A stretch of 64,000 nucleotides of DNA from Pseudovirgaria hyperparasitica. Taxonomy: Eukaryota. The DNA lies in NCBI GenBank assembly GCA_010093815.1, contig ML996572.1; one strand, written 5' to 3'. A program made the translations under genes and the position numbers. Shown here one piece after another: positions 63,016 to 64,000 of this stretch (positions within the stretch are counted from its first letter, which is position 1; each line of letters begins with the position of its first letter). The notes under the pieces were generated by a model. That model saw nothing but the letters and a program-made list of their open reading frames with translations, had not been told where the DNA came from and ran no database searches.

Positions 63016-63449
63016 AACACTGGGTGTAGCTAGATATTATCTTTAAAAGAGCTCATTTATTCACTTCCCTGTACATGCTCGCTGTCATTTCGCCTAGACC
63101 TATTTTCGTCCTGCAGCGCGATTTCGTTATTCTCCAATTGAGTTGTTTGATCTATTACATTGCGGTTCGTAGATACATTGGAACATGATGTGTTTGGTAC
63201 GCAATCATGCAGTGCTGCGAAGCTCGGGGAGCTCCTGCACCTCCGCTTATCGCAAACTGGGATTAAAAGGATGGAGGATCCATTCAATATGCCCCACCTA
63301 AACACTACCTACTCCGCCATCGTCACTTCGCTGAGCTCACTTCGTAACGTGTGCTACTCAACTAAATTTCCATAGTATATCAGCATAATTGCGGAGTCTG
63401 CTTGATTCATTACTTGGCAATACACAGCGCAACACACAACTATACCATT

Positions 63450-64000
63450 ATGACAGACAGTTCAGGTCTCAAAGAAAATGATACGCCTGCACCAACGCAC
63501 CCAGCACCTATCTCGACCACCAACCCGCGATCTCCACACACCAAAGACGCTTTGTCTCGAATCAATCCGAGCCCCATGAGCCATCGTCAAAGCTTCGGGG
63601 AGAATCTCCGGGGCATCCCGTCCTCTCCTCGACAACGACACCCTTCCCTATCACAACATGCACTTCAAGAATTGCTCGACAACCCACCTGTTCGAGGTAA
63701 TGGAGACCCAAGATTTCGAGGCCGGGATTGGCGGACACTGCAACTAGGCGAGATCGTTAAGGAGAAGGAGCAACAACTACAATTCGTGACCATGGATGAC
63801 AGCGTCGAGACTGCCACCAACGTAGGAAGCGTGTTATAATATCTTCATGCAGCGCTAACGATATCTAGCTCCTGGTGAATCCGAATTCCACAAACGTAGT
63901 CCTAATAAGAGAAAGCAGTGAGACGCAGGCCGTAATCGGTACATATGACTACGCAGACCTGAATGCATATCTTCTCTTGGTTGTCGGCCTGGCTCTACCG
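63450..64000 (+). CDS. SDS23: CBS-domain protein Sds23/Sds24, 3' end outside window
   Basis: [39 protein letters not shown], and after the intron VVLIRE...[17 protein letters not shown]. Confidence 0.85.

Overview
Intron-containing filamentous ascomycete (Pezizomycotina, plausibly Dothideomycete) genomic DNA. The left 19 kb is accessory-looking. It holds a 5'-truncated TPR-repeat protein, a GDP-mannose 4,6-dehydratase, a multi-exon gene with an ADP-ribosyltransferase-like motif and apparent premature stops, and a HET-domain gene. The last two lie head-to-head but are separated by an 11.1-kb RIP-mutated transposon nest. That nest is a two-gene IS630/Tc1-type DNA transposon (146-bp TIRs, flanked by AT rather than TA). 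It carries a 152-bp solo LTR in its transposase and a full-length 7.4-kb Gypsy chromovirus in its second gene. The chromovirus has a self-priming PBS, a chromodomain plus AT-hook and an antisense extra ORF. The remainder is gene-dense, mostly core sequence: subtilisin, GH5-CBM1, sugar porter, PKR1, SmD1, TauD dioxygenase, GH28, a HET pseudogene, GH53, ApsB, RPA34/GRC3, alpha/beta hydrolase, OYE, DUF427, KEL3, a dispersed 5S rRNA gene, UBP8, RNase T2, a HAD RNA-repair-like protein, a RING E3 and SDS23. All calls come from reading motifs by eye; exon boundaries are manual and no database search was run.
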